From the human T2T-CHM13v2.0 reference genome, Homo sapiens: 64,000 bases of DNA. The translations under genes were made by a program, and so were the position numbers. The notes beneath the pieces were generated by a model, which searched no databases, was not told the DNA's origin, and saw only the letters and a program-made list of their open reading frames with translations. Positions 1 to 20,580 of this stretch are shown here, one piece after another (within the stretch, counting starts at the first letter, position 1; each line of letters begins with the position of its first letter). Location of the stretch: NCBI RefSeq assembly GCF_009914755.1, contig NC_060942.1; one strand, 5' to 3'.

Positions 1-840
1 GTTCTCTGGCTCCTTGAGGTTAAGAATTCACTGCTCTGGGGGGTGTAAGGTGCTTGCAGAACGTTGGTCACTACACTCCAATGGGTGGTGCCAGCCAAAG
101 AGTTTTATAGTGCAGTGACAGCAGGATTCTCATTTGCATGTGCCAGCAGCAGCAGTAGCAGCAGCATAGTGGGGTGCACACTCATCAACTGCAGCAGGGT
201 GCTGTTGGGTGCCAGTGTGCCTGCCCCGCTGTGGGCATTCACCACAGTGGCAGAGGCAACACAGCTCAGGGAAGGGTAGGGGGCTGCTGCTGGCGACTGT
301 GTATGTGGTTGCATTGGTGATGGTGTTGCCTTGGGAGCACTGGCGGGCTCAGGTCTGTGCCTTCTCTGTATTGCATGAGCAGTAGTGGTCACTCAGGGCA
401 GGAGAGGATCTGCTGTTCTCTGTACCTAGTTTCACTCCCACGGCAGTGTTGTCACAAGGGCAGGGTAGGGCACTGGTGGTGGGAGTGGAGCTCGCTGGCT
501 GTGTGCCCACCAAGGCTTTTTCTAAATGGTGGTCAGCAGCGGGAGGGCGGCTGACTGCACTCTTGCTGCAGCAGTGACAGGGTGGGGTGTATGCACACAT
601 GCATGTGGGTCGGACAAGTAAAGCAAAACCCGTCCCCACAGACATGCTCCAGCCAAGCGATGTGGGGAGTTGCTGTGGGCCCAAGGGAAGCTATAGTTTG
701 AGGAGGGAGTATGCGGGCTGGTGCTTTGCCATGGGGGCCTCCCTGTGCTGGAGCCCTCTTCTAGTCAGGCAGGGTCCACCAGCACAGAAGCTATGACCCA
801 AGGCTGCCCTGCAAGCAGGCATGACCAGGCTGGGGCCCCA
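1..840 (-). mobile_element. Probable old L1 5'-region fragment (L1M/L1PB type)
   Basis: GC-rich, GCAGCA/GGTGG-rich sequence resembling antisense old-L1 5' regions, ending abruptly at AT-rich DNA; subfamily not resolved. Confidence 0.4.
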
Positions 841-1058
841 GGACTTTCAGATTGTAAAGTCAAATGGTGAGAATAATTTATTTTCCTGAAATGATGACTT
901 AAAATTAGTGGAATGGGCAGCAAGTGAAGTTCATTAGCATCTAAATAGAATTTGTTTTTGCCTTGCATGGAGGAAACTTAGGCACACATAGTGAGGGAGT
1001 TTCAAATTGTATTCTCCCCCAATAGTTCACTTTTCAATCTCAGGATGCTCTTTAATTA

Positions 1059-1391
<333 letters not shown>

Positions 1392-2844
1392 TTAAACCTA
1401 AATGGCAGGACAAGGTGTCCTCCAGAGCATGCACCCAAATTGAGTAAACCGCCAAGAGATCTCTCAATGGACTAAACTTTCTGTAACATGTTTGAGAGTG
1501 CATTCTAATCATAATTGTAAAAAAGTAGTTAAAATCTATGTTTGAAAATTAAAATTAAACATAGAACCCTGAAAATCTCTATGCAACTTTATCCCACAGA
1601 AATTTTGAAAAACAAAACAGAGCACACTCCGTTGTTATTATAGCTTTAAAATATAGCAGAAATAGTGGCTACATTTTTGAAAGTTCAGTAAAGTTCAACT
1701 TTCCGAGCCAGAGCTTGCAAAGAGCATAGTTGAGAAGTAGCCCCCAGAAGGGTGTGGCTAACACAGCCTCTGACTTCAGAGTCAGGAGAGCAAAAGGCCT
1801 TGCCTACTGCAACTTATTCATGTGAATCAATAACTCTTGTGTTTACCAACATTTTAAACAAACTTGACCATCTAGAGAAGAGTGGGCAGAAATAGTGCTG
1901 TGAGGATTGATCTTCCTGTGGTTGTAAAAGCACAATGATCTTGTATAATTTAGTCTATCCTGCCTTTGTAAACTTTGAAAGCATGACGTCTTTATATCAG
2001 GATCTAATAATAGCTATTATGATGACTCTTCATTGTCATGAAAAAATATAATTAGGTTTTCATATGGTCTAAGAAGGTAGGAAAACGATGTAAAGATTTG
2101 TGAAGGATGTTAACTAAAATAGTTAAAATGAGTCCAGCCATTATGAGCTTAACTCAGGTACCTGGAACATTGGCTTATATGGAACATTAAATTTCTGAAA
2201 AAAGCTCAAAAAATGGGACATGCATGTACATATTCCTACCATGAATCTGACTCCACAGGGCTACAAAATATTTAACCTTCATTTCAGGAGTGCTAGTGTG
2301 CTTCAGGTAGGTTTCATACAGTTTATTTGTCCTGACAAAAAATCACCCTATCAGCCTTCTCATGAGCATCCAGTGACAGAGATGTGGAAAAGAACCTTCT
2401 GTGGGGAGAGTAAAGTTTGAAACAGTGAGGAACAGAGGATGATGTTCGAGAAGCCACAGGAGGAGACACCAGTGGACACCAGCAAGGAGAGGAGCCAGGG
2501 AGAAGGAAATGGGGAAGACATTCCTCAAGGAGCAGCTCTGAGCTCCGCGGCTTTGGGGGCCATGGAGTCACAAGAGCTTAAGATGTCCCTTCAGCACCAG
2601 CTGGGCATGGGCAATAGTGAGAGGAGAGGGTGGCAGCTATGACATCAGTGTTTGTGTCTTTACCTGCACATGGGGAGAAAATTCCATCTGTTTCCCATAA
2701 GTAGGGCCATCTTTGAACAGAAGAGGCAGTTGTGTGTTTCCACAAATGTGGCGACATACATTGTAGGACACGCCAAGACTTTGCTGTAGCCCAGCCATAG
2801 GCTCTTAGACTTTGGCGGGTTGTTCTCTTCCCCCTATCCCTTCA

Positions 2845-4350
2845 TTTCTTCTGTCCACCAAAATGTATTGAGTTCATCCTGGGAGCCAGACACTGGTAGG
2901 TGCTGGGGATATAGGCAGGAATGTGCTTTCATGAGAGACAAGAAAGCCTGACCTTGCTGCCACAGAAATTTCATTGCACTGTGAGACAGAGATGTGCCAA
3001 TAGAAAGATCCACATAAGAAGCATAAGAAGAAGCATAAGAAGAGCATAAGAAGCATTAGAACGGGCATGAAAGTCCATCCAGGGGACAATTTTTACCCAA
3101 ATTTGAGAGGCCAGGAGAGCTTCCTGGAGAAAGTGACATGTAAGGCAAGACCTGAAAGACAAACCCAATTACCTGGAGAGGTGAGGAAGGAAGAGGGACA
3201 GGTGTTCCAAGAAAGGCAGATAGCATATTGAGGGGAGCAGTGGGAAAGAGAAGGGGAACTCCAGGAACTGAAGTGATCCCCACCACCAGAGCATGGAGTG
3301 TGAGTGAAAAGTCTGCAGAGGGCTGGTGACCGGGACCTCTGAACACGGGAGGCCAGACAGTATTCTAAGATCAACGGGAAACCATTGCAAAGTTTCACCC
3401 AGAGGAGTAATGTGATCAGATTTGCATCTTAGAACAGTTGTTTTGGCACTTCTGACTGGAAGGGCAAGAATGGCCAGTGTTGTTGTTACCTGAAGGGTAA
3501 ATGTGGCCCACAATATGAAATGCAGTGAAGAAGGAGACATATGCATATATGTAAGTAAATATAATCGAGGTATATTTAGCAGACAGAATCAATAGACTTG
3601 ATGAGTGATGGACTGGATGTGTGAGGAGTCTAGATCACTTCCAAGTTGCTGATTTGGGCAACTCAGTACTAATCAATGAAAAAGAAGATCCACAGGGAGG
3701 AACTTGTCTAAGGGGTGAGGTGGGGCTGAACAGCTGCGTTTGAGACTGGAGAAGTGTGTGCTGGGCATGGGATGCACAAGTGGAAATGCCTTTGGGTCTG
3801 CAGCTCAGACGTGGGCATGACCAGCATAGAGATAGAGAGGCCCCAGGCTGCCAGGTGAGTGTGATCCCCAGGTGATGGTGTCAGCTGAGAAGGGAAGGAA
3901 GCCCCTGTGAGGACACTGAAGTGGCGAGGGCAGACAACAAGGAGTCCACAGGAGACAGGAAAGGAAGAACTAGAGGGAGGAGCCAAGCCAGGCATGTGTG
4001 GTGACATAGGAACCGAGGGAGAGGACATCTCAAGATTGAGGGGACGCTGCACAACAGGAGGACTGTGTGGTTTTTGGCCACATCCACAGGAAGTCACAAC
4101 AGGCAAGGAAAAGAAACTGGCAATCAGACATGGAGTTGAGGAGTGAATCAGAGAGGAGATGGGCAGGGACAGCAGGGTGAGGCCTCTTTCTGAGGAAGTT
4201 TGGCTAAAGGATAGATCAGCTGGGACACATGCTGGAAGGGTGTATGGGGTGGAGGGAGGAACGGTGGAGGGCAGGAGAGCCTTGAGCCTGAGAGAAGAGT
4301 CTCCTAGAATAGAGAAGCCGAGGTTAAAATTGTGGGAGAGAGTGGGGATA
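2845..4350 (-). mobile_element. L2 LINE remnant
   Basis: Begins with antisense L2 3'-end-like CAAAATGTATTGAG...CCAGACACTGG; purine-rich L2-like body; boundaries approximate. Confidence 0.6.
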
Positions 4351-5491
4351 ACTGAGTGACAGATAATCAGGAGAACAAAAGGAGCTCCAGAATCATGACA
4401 GAGAGATGACCTTTGCCAAGAGCACAGCCCCCTCCCCTGTGACAGAGGGGTAGGACAAAACAATTGGTGTTCAAGTGTTGGTTTAACTATGTCCTTTAAA
4501 ACATTTCTCCACAGACACTGCCCAAAGCAGCCCTTCACTACAGTGGCAGATACACCTGCAAATCTTCGCCTAAAACAGTGACCTGACCAAGCTAACTGCT
4601 GCTGCCTGGAACACTGTCCTTACTTTAGAAATGTCGACCAGATTGTAGGATACCCAAACAACCTTTTCAAGCAGAAAGCAAACAGATTAAGAAAGTAGCC
4701 AGATGAGTTAGCGAGCCCAACAGTGACTTTTGTTTCTTTTTTTCCCTGTTCCCTTTTCTTTTCATGATAGGAAAGGCTGGACAGGGATGCGTTGCAAAAG
4801 CAGTGATCTAGCTTATCTTGCCACCACCCAGGATGGCCCAGGATGTGGGTTCTCCTTGAATGAATGTTTGGCAGTCTGGCAGCCTGACATGGTCTGCCTC
4901 CTTCTTTGGTCTGAGCTTGCCCACTGCTTAGAAAGGGCCATGGGCAGTTCTGTCAGGGAGTTTTCCCAACATTGAGAAGGTGACATTTCTACTCCCCGTT
5001 GCAGTCTGCACCTCTGACCTGTGGTCAGCAGACAGGACAGAGGCACTCAGTAGACAGAGCTCAGAGGACAGCACTCAGTCCCGGCGGAAGGTTCAATGTC
5101 CAGCTTTGCACCCACCCCATGTGACCACAAGCAGGCTCCATGACCTTGTGGGTCAGTTTCCTCACCCTGTTCAGGAGGAATTGTACTACCATCCTGTTAG
5201 GAAATTTGTGAGGATCACTGCGTTACTCATGTAAGGTCTTTGGAAAGTGTCATGTTATTGTTTATTAACTGCTTGTTGGTGGCCTGGCTGAGCCACATCC
5301 TTTATGAAAACCAGAACCCCTCAGCAGGTGTGGATGTCTGTGCAGCCTGAGACCCTTGTGTGAACAGCCTTCTGGCAGCTGTTTTTTCCCCTTGCCACAA
5401 TCAGTGCCTCCCTGTCCCCAGGCGTTGCTTTCTCTGCTGGGTGCTGGGTGCTCCACTGTTTTCCTACACCTCAGTTGTCTACAGGTGTATG

Positions 5492-5563
5492 TCTGTTCTG
5501 GAATCTAACTGAGGTGGCATCGATAGCAGTTCTGCTGTGGCACTGCCCTTCTTCTTAGGTTGT
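5492..5563 (+). pseudogene. SGLT exon 2-like remnant (tentative)
   Basis: SVLESN*GGIDS...FFLG vs SLC5A4 AMLKTNRGTIGGFFLAG, with CGA>TGA and an insertion. Confidence 0.35.
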
Positions 5564-5765
5564 CTTTTGAGAGCAAGAGAGGTCCCTTCACATACCCCAA
5601 GAACTTACCTGCATTTGCCCACATAGTCTCCATTTAGAAAATGGGAAAAGTCACGTCTGCCTACCTGCCAATGGGGTAAGAGGTAAGTTTCTTGTTGAAA
5701 TCTGAGCAGAAAAATATGACCAATTCTATACCCATTGAAGACATGTATGAGAAATTAAAACAATT

Positions 5766-6006
5766 CTTTTTTTTTTATACTTTAAGTTTTAGTGTACATG
5801 TGCACAACGTGCAGGTTTGTTACATATATATACATGTGCCATGTTGGTGTGCTGCACCCATTAACTCGTCATTTAACATTAGGTATATCTCCTAATGCTA
5901 TCCCTCCCCCACCACCTCACAACAGGCCCCAGTGTGTGATGTTCCCCTTCCTGTGTCCATGTGTTCTTATTGTTCAATTCCCACCTATGAGTGAGAACAT
6001 GTGGTG
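5766..6006 (-). mobile_element. 5'-truncated L1PA 3' end
   Basis: Poly-T followed by ATACTTTAAG...GTACATGTGCAC L1PA 3'UTR; TSD TAAAACAATT. Confidence 0.9.
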
Positions 6007-6604
6007 TAAAACAATTATTTATGGACTGTACCTCATATAAATTCCTAGAATTAAGTTCTAAAAAAAAATTCAAGGAGGACATAATAATTTTCTATAAATT
6101 AGAAAATTCTATACTGTGCAATTAAATAAAATGGCAGCATAGCTTTGAAACTAAAATCAGATAAGGTAAATTGAAGTATGTGATGAATAAAAATACCATA
6201 AATTGTGACCAATATGATTTCAAAATATGATATGGTAGATTAACATTGAAAATGCAATAAATAAATTAGCCACCATAAGAGGTTAATAGAGGAAAAATAT
6301 GATTATTGCAATAGATACGGAAATTCATGGAATAACATTCACCATATATTTACAGGACAACTACCTTATAAACTTTAAATGACTTATTGCAACCATCTGA
6401 ATTAATGTTGCTTAAACAGCATGTATCTTGGCTGCTTAAAAACCAGATAAGAATTTCCATAACATTAATTTATTTATAACACCATATTGGGTGTGAACCT
6501 ATCATAAAGTTCACCCAACTATAAAGGTACACAATTGATGATTTATTAAATTGACACTGTGTGTAGCCATCACCATGATCTAACTTAAAAATGTTTGTTT
6601 CTCT

Positions 6605-12747
<6,143 letters not shown>

Positions 12748-13088
12748 GTTACTCTCACTGAAGTTCTCTCTTGCCCATTTCAATCCCTACTCCCATCTCC
12801 AGCCCTAAGCAATACTGCTCTGATATTCTGTCTGTATAAATTTCCCATCTGTGTAATAGAAATGGAATCATACAATATATTATATTGAGGTCTGACTTTA
12901 ATCATTTAGTTACTATTTTTGAAGTTAATTGATGCTTTAGCTTGTGCCGGTCATGTGTTTTCCTTTTCATTGCTTCATAGTCCATTGTGTGGATATATAA
13001 ACAGTGTTTATTCATTCATCAGTTGATGGACATTTAATTATTTCTGTTTTTTGTATTATGAATAATGCTGCTTTGAGCATTCATAATA

Positions 13089-14284
13089 CAGTCATGTAAT
13101 GTATAATAACATTTTGGTCAATGATGGATAGCATGTATGATGGCAGTCCCATAAGATTATGATAGAGTTTAAAAATTCCTATCACCTAGTGTCTTGTAGC
13201 TGTCACAAGTGTGTAGCGTAACACATTAGACAGGCATCAGTGATGATGCCGATGGAAAGGAATCTACTGGTTTTCCAGTTATGTTAAAGTACTGTATAGA
13301 ACATACAACTATGTGCAGTATATAATACTTGGTAGTGAAAATAAATGACTATGTTCCTGGTTTATGTATTTACTGTGCTATACTTTCTATAATTATTTGA
13401 GAATATATTCTATCTGCGTATTAAAACAAACCACTTACCTGTAAAACAGCCTCAAGTAGGCCTTTGAGGATGTATGCTAGAAGGTGTTGTTATCGTAAGA
13501 GATGACAGCACCATGTGTGTTTCTGCCCCTTCCAGTGGGACAAGATGTGGATTCAGAAGGCAGTGACATTGATGATCCTAATCCTGTGTAGGTCTAGGCT
13601 GATGTGTGTGTCTGAGCCTCAGCTGTTAACAAAAAAAGTTTAAAATTTAAAACTTAAATTTTAAAATAGAAAAAATATAGAATAATATTTTAAAAATTTG
13701 CACAGCTGTACAATATGTTTATGTTTTAAGGTAAGTGGTATTACAAAATAGTTGTTTTTAAAATTGTTTAAGTTTATAAATTTTAAATGTTACAGTAGGC
13801 TAAGGTTAATTGTTGAGTAAATAAAAATAGATTTCTATAAATTTAGGGTAGTCTAAAGATACAATGTTCATAAAGTCTATAGTAGTGTACAGTAAGGTCC
13901 TAGGCCTTCACATTCACTCACCATTCACTCACCGAATCATCCAGAGCAACGTCCAGTCCTTTAAGCTCTGTTCATGGTAAAGTGCCCTATACAGATGTAC
14001 TAATTTTTATATTTTATACCATATTTTATTGTAGCTTTTCTATATTTAGATTTTAGATATATAAATGCTTACCGTTTTGTTACCTTTGCCTGCAGTATTC
14101 AGTACAGTTACATGTTGTACAGTTTGAAGCCCAGAGCAATTGGCTGTATCATACAGCCTAGGTGTATAGGGGGCTATGCCATCCAGGTTTATGTAAGTGC
14201 ACTCTATGATGTCTGCGTAATTACTACATCACTTAACGATGCATTTCTCAGAACACATCACTGTCGTTAAGAGACACATGTCTG
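13089..14284 (+). mobile_element. Tigger3b/MER7B-like DNA transposon
   Basis: CAGTCATGT... start and ...ACACATGTCTG end, flanked by TA TSD, about 1.2 kb; interrupts an old L1M. Confidence 0.8.
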
Positions 14285-15581
14285 TACAAATGACTTTGGA
14301 GAATATGCTTTCAGTTCACTTGGAGCATTCCTGGGTGTGGATTTGCTGGACCAAATGGTAAGTTCAAATTTAATTTTTTTTAAGAAACAAGAAAGCTATC
14401 TTCTAAATTAGCTGTGCCAATGTACATTTCTACCGTGCTGCATAGTACCAATTTCATACACTGTATGAAATTGGTACACTGTATGGTAAGCCCTAGCATG
14501 TAAGAAATGAATAAAGTAACACATATAAAGATTAGTATAAAGCAAATGAGATTATTATTGTTGTTATTGTCTTTGTCAGATTCTCAGAATAATTAAGAAT
14601 ATATTTTTATATAAATGTGCTTGGCAACATAGCTGAAAACAGCGTTAGTAGTTATATACTTTTATCAGTAACAAAGACATAAATTTTCCGGGAGAAAAAC
14701 ACTTGTAATAACAATGTCAGAATTAACATACAAATTCTGCAAAACATTTTTGGCAGTTTAATTGGGGCAGTGTTTTGTAGACAAATGAACAACTTAAGTA
14801 AGGGGAATCAACAAAACTTGGGTTTCAAAAGTTATCTGGGTTTAGAGTGTGAAACTTCGTCGGAGGACACACACCTTGCGTGAATGAGATGCCTCGGTGT
14901 GTGTGGACATGTTGGAGGTACAGCATAATGGTGGCTTCCTCCAGAAAGGGACATTTGGGGGAGCACCAATGGCTCCTGTCTCACAGTGGATTCATTCCAC
15001 CTAGACAACACAGCCTGATGTGGCATGGACATGAATGGAGGTCAAATGGGCAGTAGCTGAGAGGATCAGCCCTGACAAGGGCCAGGGTGAAAGACCTGGG
15101 AGTCTCTTCAGGTGCAAAGTCTTCAGTTGAAAAAAGGAGGTGGTCACAGGAGATACTGAGCTGGATCAATAAAGTGCAGGAGAGAGAGTTGTTGGCCCTG
15201 GGGAGCGAGTAGTATGGACTCTTAAGTTTTCTCCTCCTTCCATTAATTTCTCTTCCAGTGCAGACTTCAGTCTTAGACTTCCCAGCTGCCTTGAGGGATT
15301 GGATGAGCCTTGGCCAGCTCTTGAAGGTAAAGGAAAGCACCTAGCAAGATTGGCATCTGGGCTTGGCTGTGCATGTTTTCTATTCTGGGAAAATATACAT
15401 AACACAATATTTATTTGAACCTTTTAACCAATGTGTGCACTCAGTGGCATTCAATATATTCACAGTGTTGCATAACCAACACTACTATCTACACCTGAAA
15501 TTTTGATTATTTCTAACGAAACCTTGAAGACAGTAAGCAATATACTTCCTTTCCCCCTATTTCCAGCCCATGGTAATTTCT

Positions 15582-17942
15582 TTTTCTTTTCTTTTTTTTT
15601 TAGGAAACAATAAAATCACTTTAATGTGCTACTTTTCATTTTGAAGTCATTACAGTATCATTTGCAAAACTCAACAAGGAAAGATGCCTGTGGATGGCCG
15701 TGTTCTGGGAGTCACTGTGATGAGGTGCTGCCTGCTTTCGCCCAACCTGATCTGGGGCTCAGACAGCTAACAGGCCCGAGTGGCTAGGAGGTTTGCAGGG
15801 AACCAGGTTTCGCTGTGATGAAAGCACCTTGCTGTGGGCTGGGAGGTGGGAGTGCAGGGCAGCCTGGGCCCCCCTGACCCCATACTCAGATCGGCAAGTG
15901 CCCAGTGGAGGCCACATGGCCCCAGCACCAACCAATGTAGGGTCTGTGGGTCCCAGCATTTCCACATCCTGAAAAGTGAGACGTGAACTGTTTCCTAGGC
16001 AAGTTCTCTTCCACCGTGTTCTGGATGAGGTCTGTGAGCTCCTTCCAGTTTCACAAAGAATGTGCAGAAGGTGGAAAGAGTGAGGGACGCAGGCCCAGCT
16101 GCAGCTGCACTCAGACCCCTCAGTCATAAAGTCCGGGTGAGGGGCTGAGTAGGCGCTGACAGGAGAACAGCCCCTGTTCCTCTTCCCTAGCCAGGTTCTC
16201 ACACGTCCCTGAGGAACTAGAGAGGAACGCCTCTGGGAAGCCCAGCCAGAGCCAACCGGAAGGGCCTTTTGGTGAAGTCTGACATCCTACATTAGTTTCT
16301 CTGGACCTGGGTAAGAACCGGCCCCCAGGGGAAGGACTGTTTTGCCAGCACCAACTCTCCAGCTGGGCTGTTGGTTCCCATTGCCTCCCGTCATGGATAC
16401 AGAAAATCAGCCAGGCTATTCCTAGTGTAGTAAATACAGAGCTGGCTGAGGCAGGGCCAGCTGAGGTGCAAACTGCATGGGGTTTGCTGTCAGTTCGCCA
16501 GCCATCTGTCCAGCAGGCCTCAGCTTCACAAACAGGAAAACAGAAGGAGTGCATCTACTCACTGGGTGTCACACTGCCCCTGCTCACAGCCACCACCTGC
16601 ATCGAGGCAACCTGCAGGCGGGAGTTTGGTTCCAGGAGGTGTCTGTAAACTTCTGTCCTGGGGTGGGCCACTGCAGATGGCCTGTCCTTGCTTTCTCATC
16701 ACCAAATCCCCGTTTTGGTGCTGACACATCCAGACGTTAAAATCGCTGATGTTTTCACAAGACCCACAAAGAGGGAGGGTCCAGGCACATTTTTTCTTTC
16801 CGTATCACCCTGGAGTGATGGGGAAATTTCCCCAAAAACCATGTGTACTGTGATTGCACATATTGGGGTGGGTATATTAGACTAGGGGGCCGCGGATGGG
16901 TGGGGAAAATCTTTCATGTGAGGTATTCCTCTAAGCAATTCTTGACAACTCTTTTCTCCTCCCTTCTGGAAGCTTCTGGCACTGGAGGTGGAGGCACGGC
17001 ATGTCAGGGGTGCAGGTCAAGACCACACATGCTTGGCACAGTACGCAGAGCTTGGCTGGGCTGTGGGTGGGTGAGCATATGCGGGAGGGCCCTTGGCTTT
17101 GGCCACCGAATGCCCCTTGCTGGCTAGTCAGCCGGGACCACCCCTGCCCCTCCCACTCACACATTAGGCAAGCTCTTCACAGAACCTGCGTGTGTCCTCA
17201 GGCACCGTCATGGAGTAGCCCACGGTTCTGGAGTCTGTGAAGGTCTCGTGGTCGTTGCCACCTGGTATGATTTTGTCTCCAAAGAAATAAATGGCCTTAT
17301 AACTGTGATTTTTCACATGTCACAGGCAATACCTCTTGCCCCATCCATCAGGAAAGACATCAAAGCTGATCTGGCCTCCTACGAAAAACGTGAGGGCTTT
17401 TCCTGCAAACTCTTTCCTTGATCTGCTACAGCTTTTTCTCTTATATTTTCTTTTTTATTGAATTCGTAGAACTCAATGCATTCTTCTTGGCTGCAGCTTC
17501 TTCCAAATAGGGGACATGTTTAACATCCCATTTCAGAATTCAATGAAAGTACCCCTCTTCTTCAGGAGTTTAATTTTTGCATTGCAGCTCAGACAATAGT
17601 TGATTAAATCTTAGATTTGGACCTCACCCAGGTGACTTTGAATATTCCATTTACACGAGGATTTCCCATCTTTGTGTGCTACCAAGCCATTTTCTGGAAA
17701 CGCGTAATCATATTTTTCAACCACAGCATTTCCCAGTTGCTCCTGCGCTTCCTCAAAGTCCAACCTGCCTACCACTCCGATTTTGATCTTCTGCCTCAAT
17801 TTTTGTAGGAAGTCATCCATTTCTTTGGTAATTTTCTGCTGCAGGGTGGTCAGGGTCCCATCAACGTCCAAAAGGCAGAGCACTGGGCCGGGTGCTGCCA
17901 TGTCCCCGGTTTCCAACTGCACCTTACAAGACTGGTTGGCAG
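15582..17942 (-). pseudogene. PMM2P1: Processed pseudogene of phosphomannomutase 2 (PMM2P1-like)
   Basis: Intronless CDS 17901..17164 ([18 protein letters not shown]...[23 protein letters not shown]), long 3'UTR, ATTAAA, poly-A, 18-bp TSD CAGCCCATGGTAATTTCT (15564-15581 and 17943-17960); premature stops at 17611 and 17533. Confidence 0.93.
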
Positions 17943-18459
17943 CAGCCCATGGTAATTTCTATCCCATCTTCTGTGTCTATGCATTTGATTATTCTAGGCA
18001 CTTGATTTTAGTAGAATCCTACAATATTCCTTTTGTGTCTGGCTTATTTCATTAGGCATAATGTTTTCAGTATCCATCCGCATTGTATCATATATCAAAA
18101 TTGTTTTTTACAGATGGATGATGTACCATTACATGTATATACCACTTTGTTTTTATACATTCATTTGTTCACTGATAGTTGGATTTTTCCATCTTTTGGC
18201 CCTTGTGAATAGTGATGCTATCAACATTAGTGTACAAATATCTGTTTTGAGTTCTGTTTGCCATTCTTTTTGGTATATACCTACTACTAGAATTCCTGGG
18301 TCCAGTGGTAGTTCTATGTTTAACCTTTGGAGCAACTGCAAACTGTTTTTCACAGTGATTGCAACTTTATACGTTTCTACCAGCAATGTATCACAGTTAC
18401 AATTTCTTGTTTTCCTTTAAACACTTATTTTAAATTATTTTCCTTTAAAAAAATTATCC

Positions 18460-18767
<308 letters not shown>

Positions 18768-18771
18768 CTAA

Positions 18772-19064
<293 letters not shown>

Positions 19065-20545
19065 TTATCCTAGTAGGTGTATATTGGAACCTGTTTGTGC
19101 TTTTCACTTGCATTTCCCCAATGACTAATGATGCCGAGCAGCTTTTCCTCTGCTGGGTATACCTCCTTTAGAGACTTATATATTCAGGTACTTTGCCCAT
19201 TTTTAGAATTGTCTTTTGTCTTTTGTTTGTTGTTGTTGTAGATTTTTAGGAGTTTTAGAATATATTCTAATTTTTAATTTCTTACAAGATGTATAATTTG
19301 CAAATATTTCTCCCTTTTTTTAGAACTTTAGATGTACAAACTTCCTTAATTTGTGTAAAATTGATTTTTTTCTATTTATTTATTATACTTTAAGTTCTGG
19401 GATAAAAATTGATTTTTTTAAGCATTGCCTTATTTTTAGTGTCTTATTCATTAAAAGGTTGCTAAATTCACTGCCATGAAACCTTATCCCAATATTTTCT
19501 TCTGAGAGTTTTATAATTTTAGCTCTTATATTTAGGTCTCTGACACATTTTGAATTAATTTTTTATATGGTGTAAAGTAAACATTCAGTTCATTTATCTG
19601 AATGAGAATGTGCAGTTTTACCAACATCATTTGCTGAAGAGGCTTTCCACTTTCCATTGTATATTTATGGCACTTTGTTGAAGATCACTTGGCTATATAT
19701 GTATGCGTTTAATTCTGGGCTCTCTATCAGTCCCAGTGGTCCTTATGGGTGCCCTAATTCTAGGACCATACTTTTTAAGTATATGTAACTGTATTGTACA
19801 TTTCAATCTCATAAACGTGTGTCCTCCAACACAATTCTTCTTTTACAATGTTATTGAATATTTGAGACCCCTGGAAAATTCATTCAAAATTGAGGGTTTT
19901 CTTATCCATTTTTGCAAACATGGTTGTCAGCAGTTTGACAGGGGTTGTGGTGCATCTGTACATCACTTTGTATAGTATTGCACTTGAATAATGTTTAGTC
20001 TTCCTGTCCATGAATACAGGATGCCTTTCTACTTATTTATATCCTCTTTACTTTATTTCAGCAATGTTTTGTTCTTATTGAGGTGTAAGTATTTTGCTTC
20101 CTTGGTTAGTTATCTTACTAAGTATGTAATCATTTTACATGTTATTATAAATGGAATTACATATGCAATTTTCTTATTGGACTGTTCATTGTTGGTGTAT
20201 ATTAACACAGCTGCCATTTGAGTGTCAGCCTTATACTCTGCAACTTTGAACTTGTTAACATTAATAGCATTCTTATAGATTATTTCATATTTTCTATATA
20301 TAAAAAGGTAGAGAAGTTATTGGCTTCATATCTATTTTCTCAAGATATGAAATGTATATTGCTACTGTACAGTTAAATTCATACTCCCTACTGAATGATG
20401 TCCTTCCAAATGGCCTAGTTAGATTGTTCAAAAAATAATTTGTCTTCTTATTCCACAATTTATAGTTTTAGTTCTTTCTTCAAGATGATGTCTTTGTTTT
20501 TTTCCTTTTGGTAATACGTGGTATTTCTCATTCTGTTCTGCACAG

Positions 20546-20580
20546 CAAGGCTCCCTGTTAGCTAGTAACTGGAAGAATAT
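20546..20580 (+). pseudogene. SGLT exon 3-like remnant
   Basis: After TTCTGTTCTGCACAG: GGCTCCCTGTTAGCTAGTAACTGGAAG vs SLC5A1 GCCTCCCTCTTTGCTAGTAACATTGGAAG (ASLFASNIGS). Confidence 0.55.

Noticed and set aside
3012-3060. Imperfect CATAAGAAG tandem repeat
   Set aside because: Ordinary slippage repeat inside L2
3708-4538. 276-aa minus-strand ORF
   Set aside because: Lies in a purine-biased L2 remnant; Ser/Pro/Leu-rich with no homology I recognise
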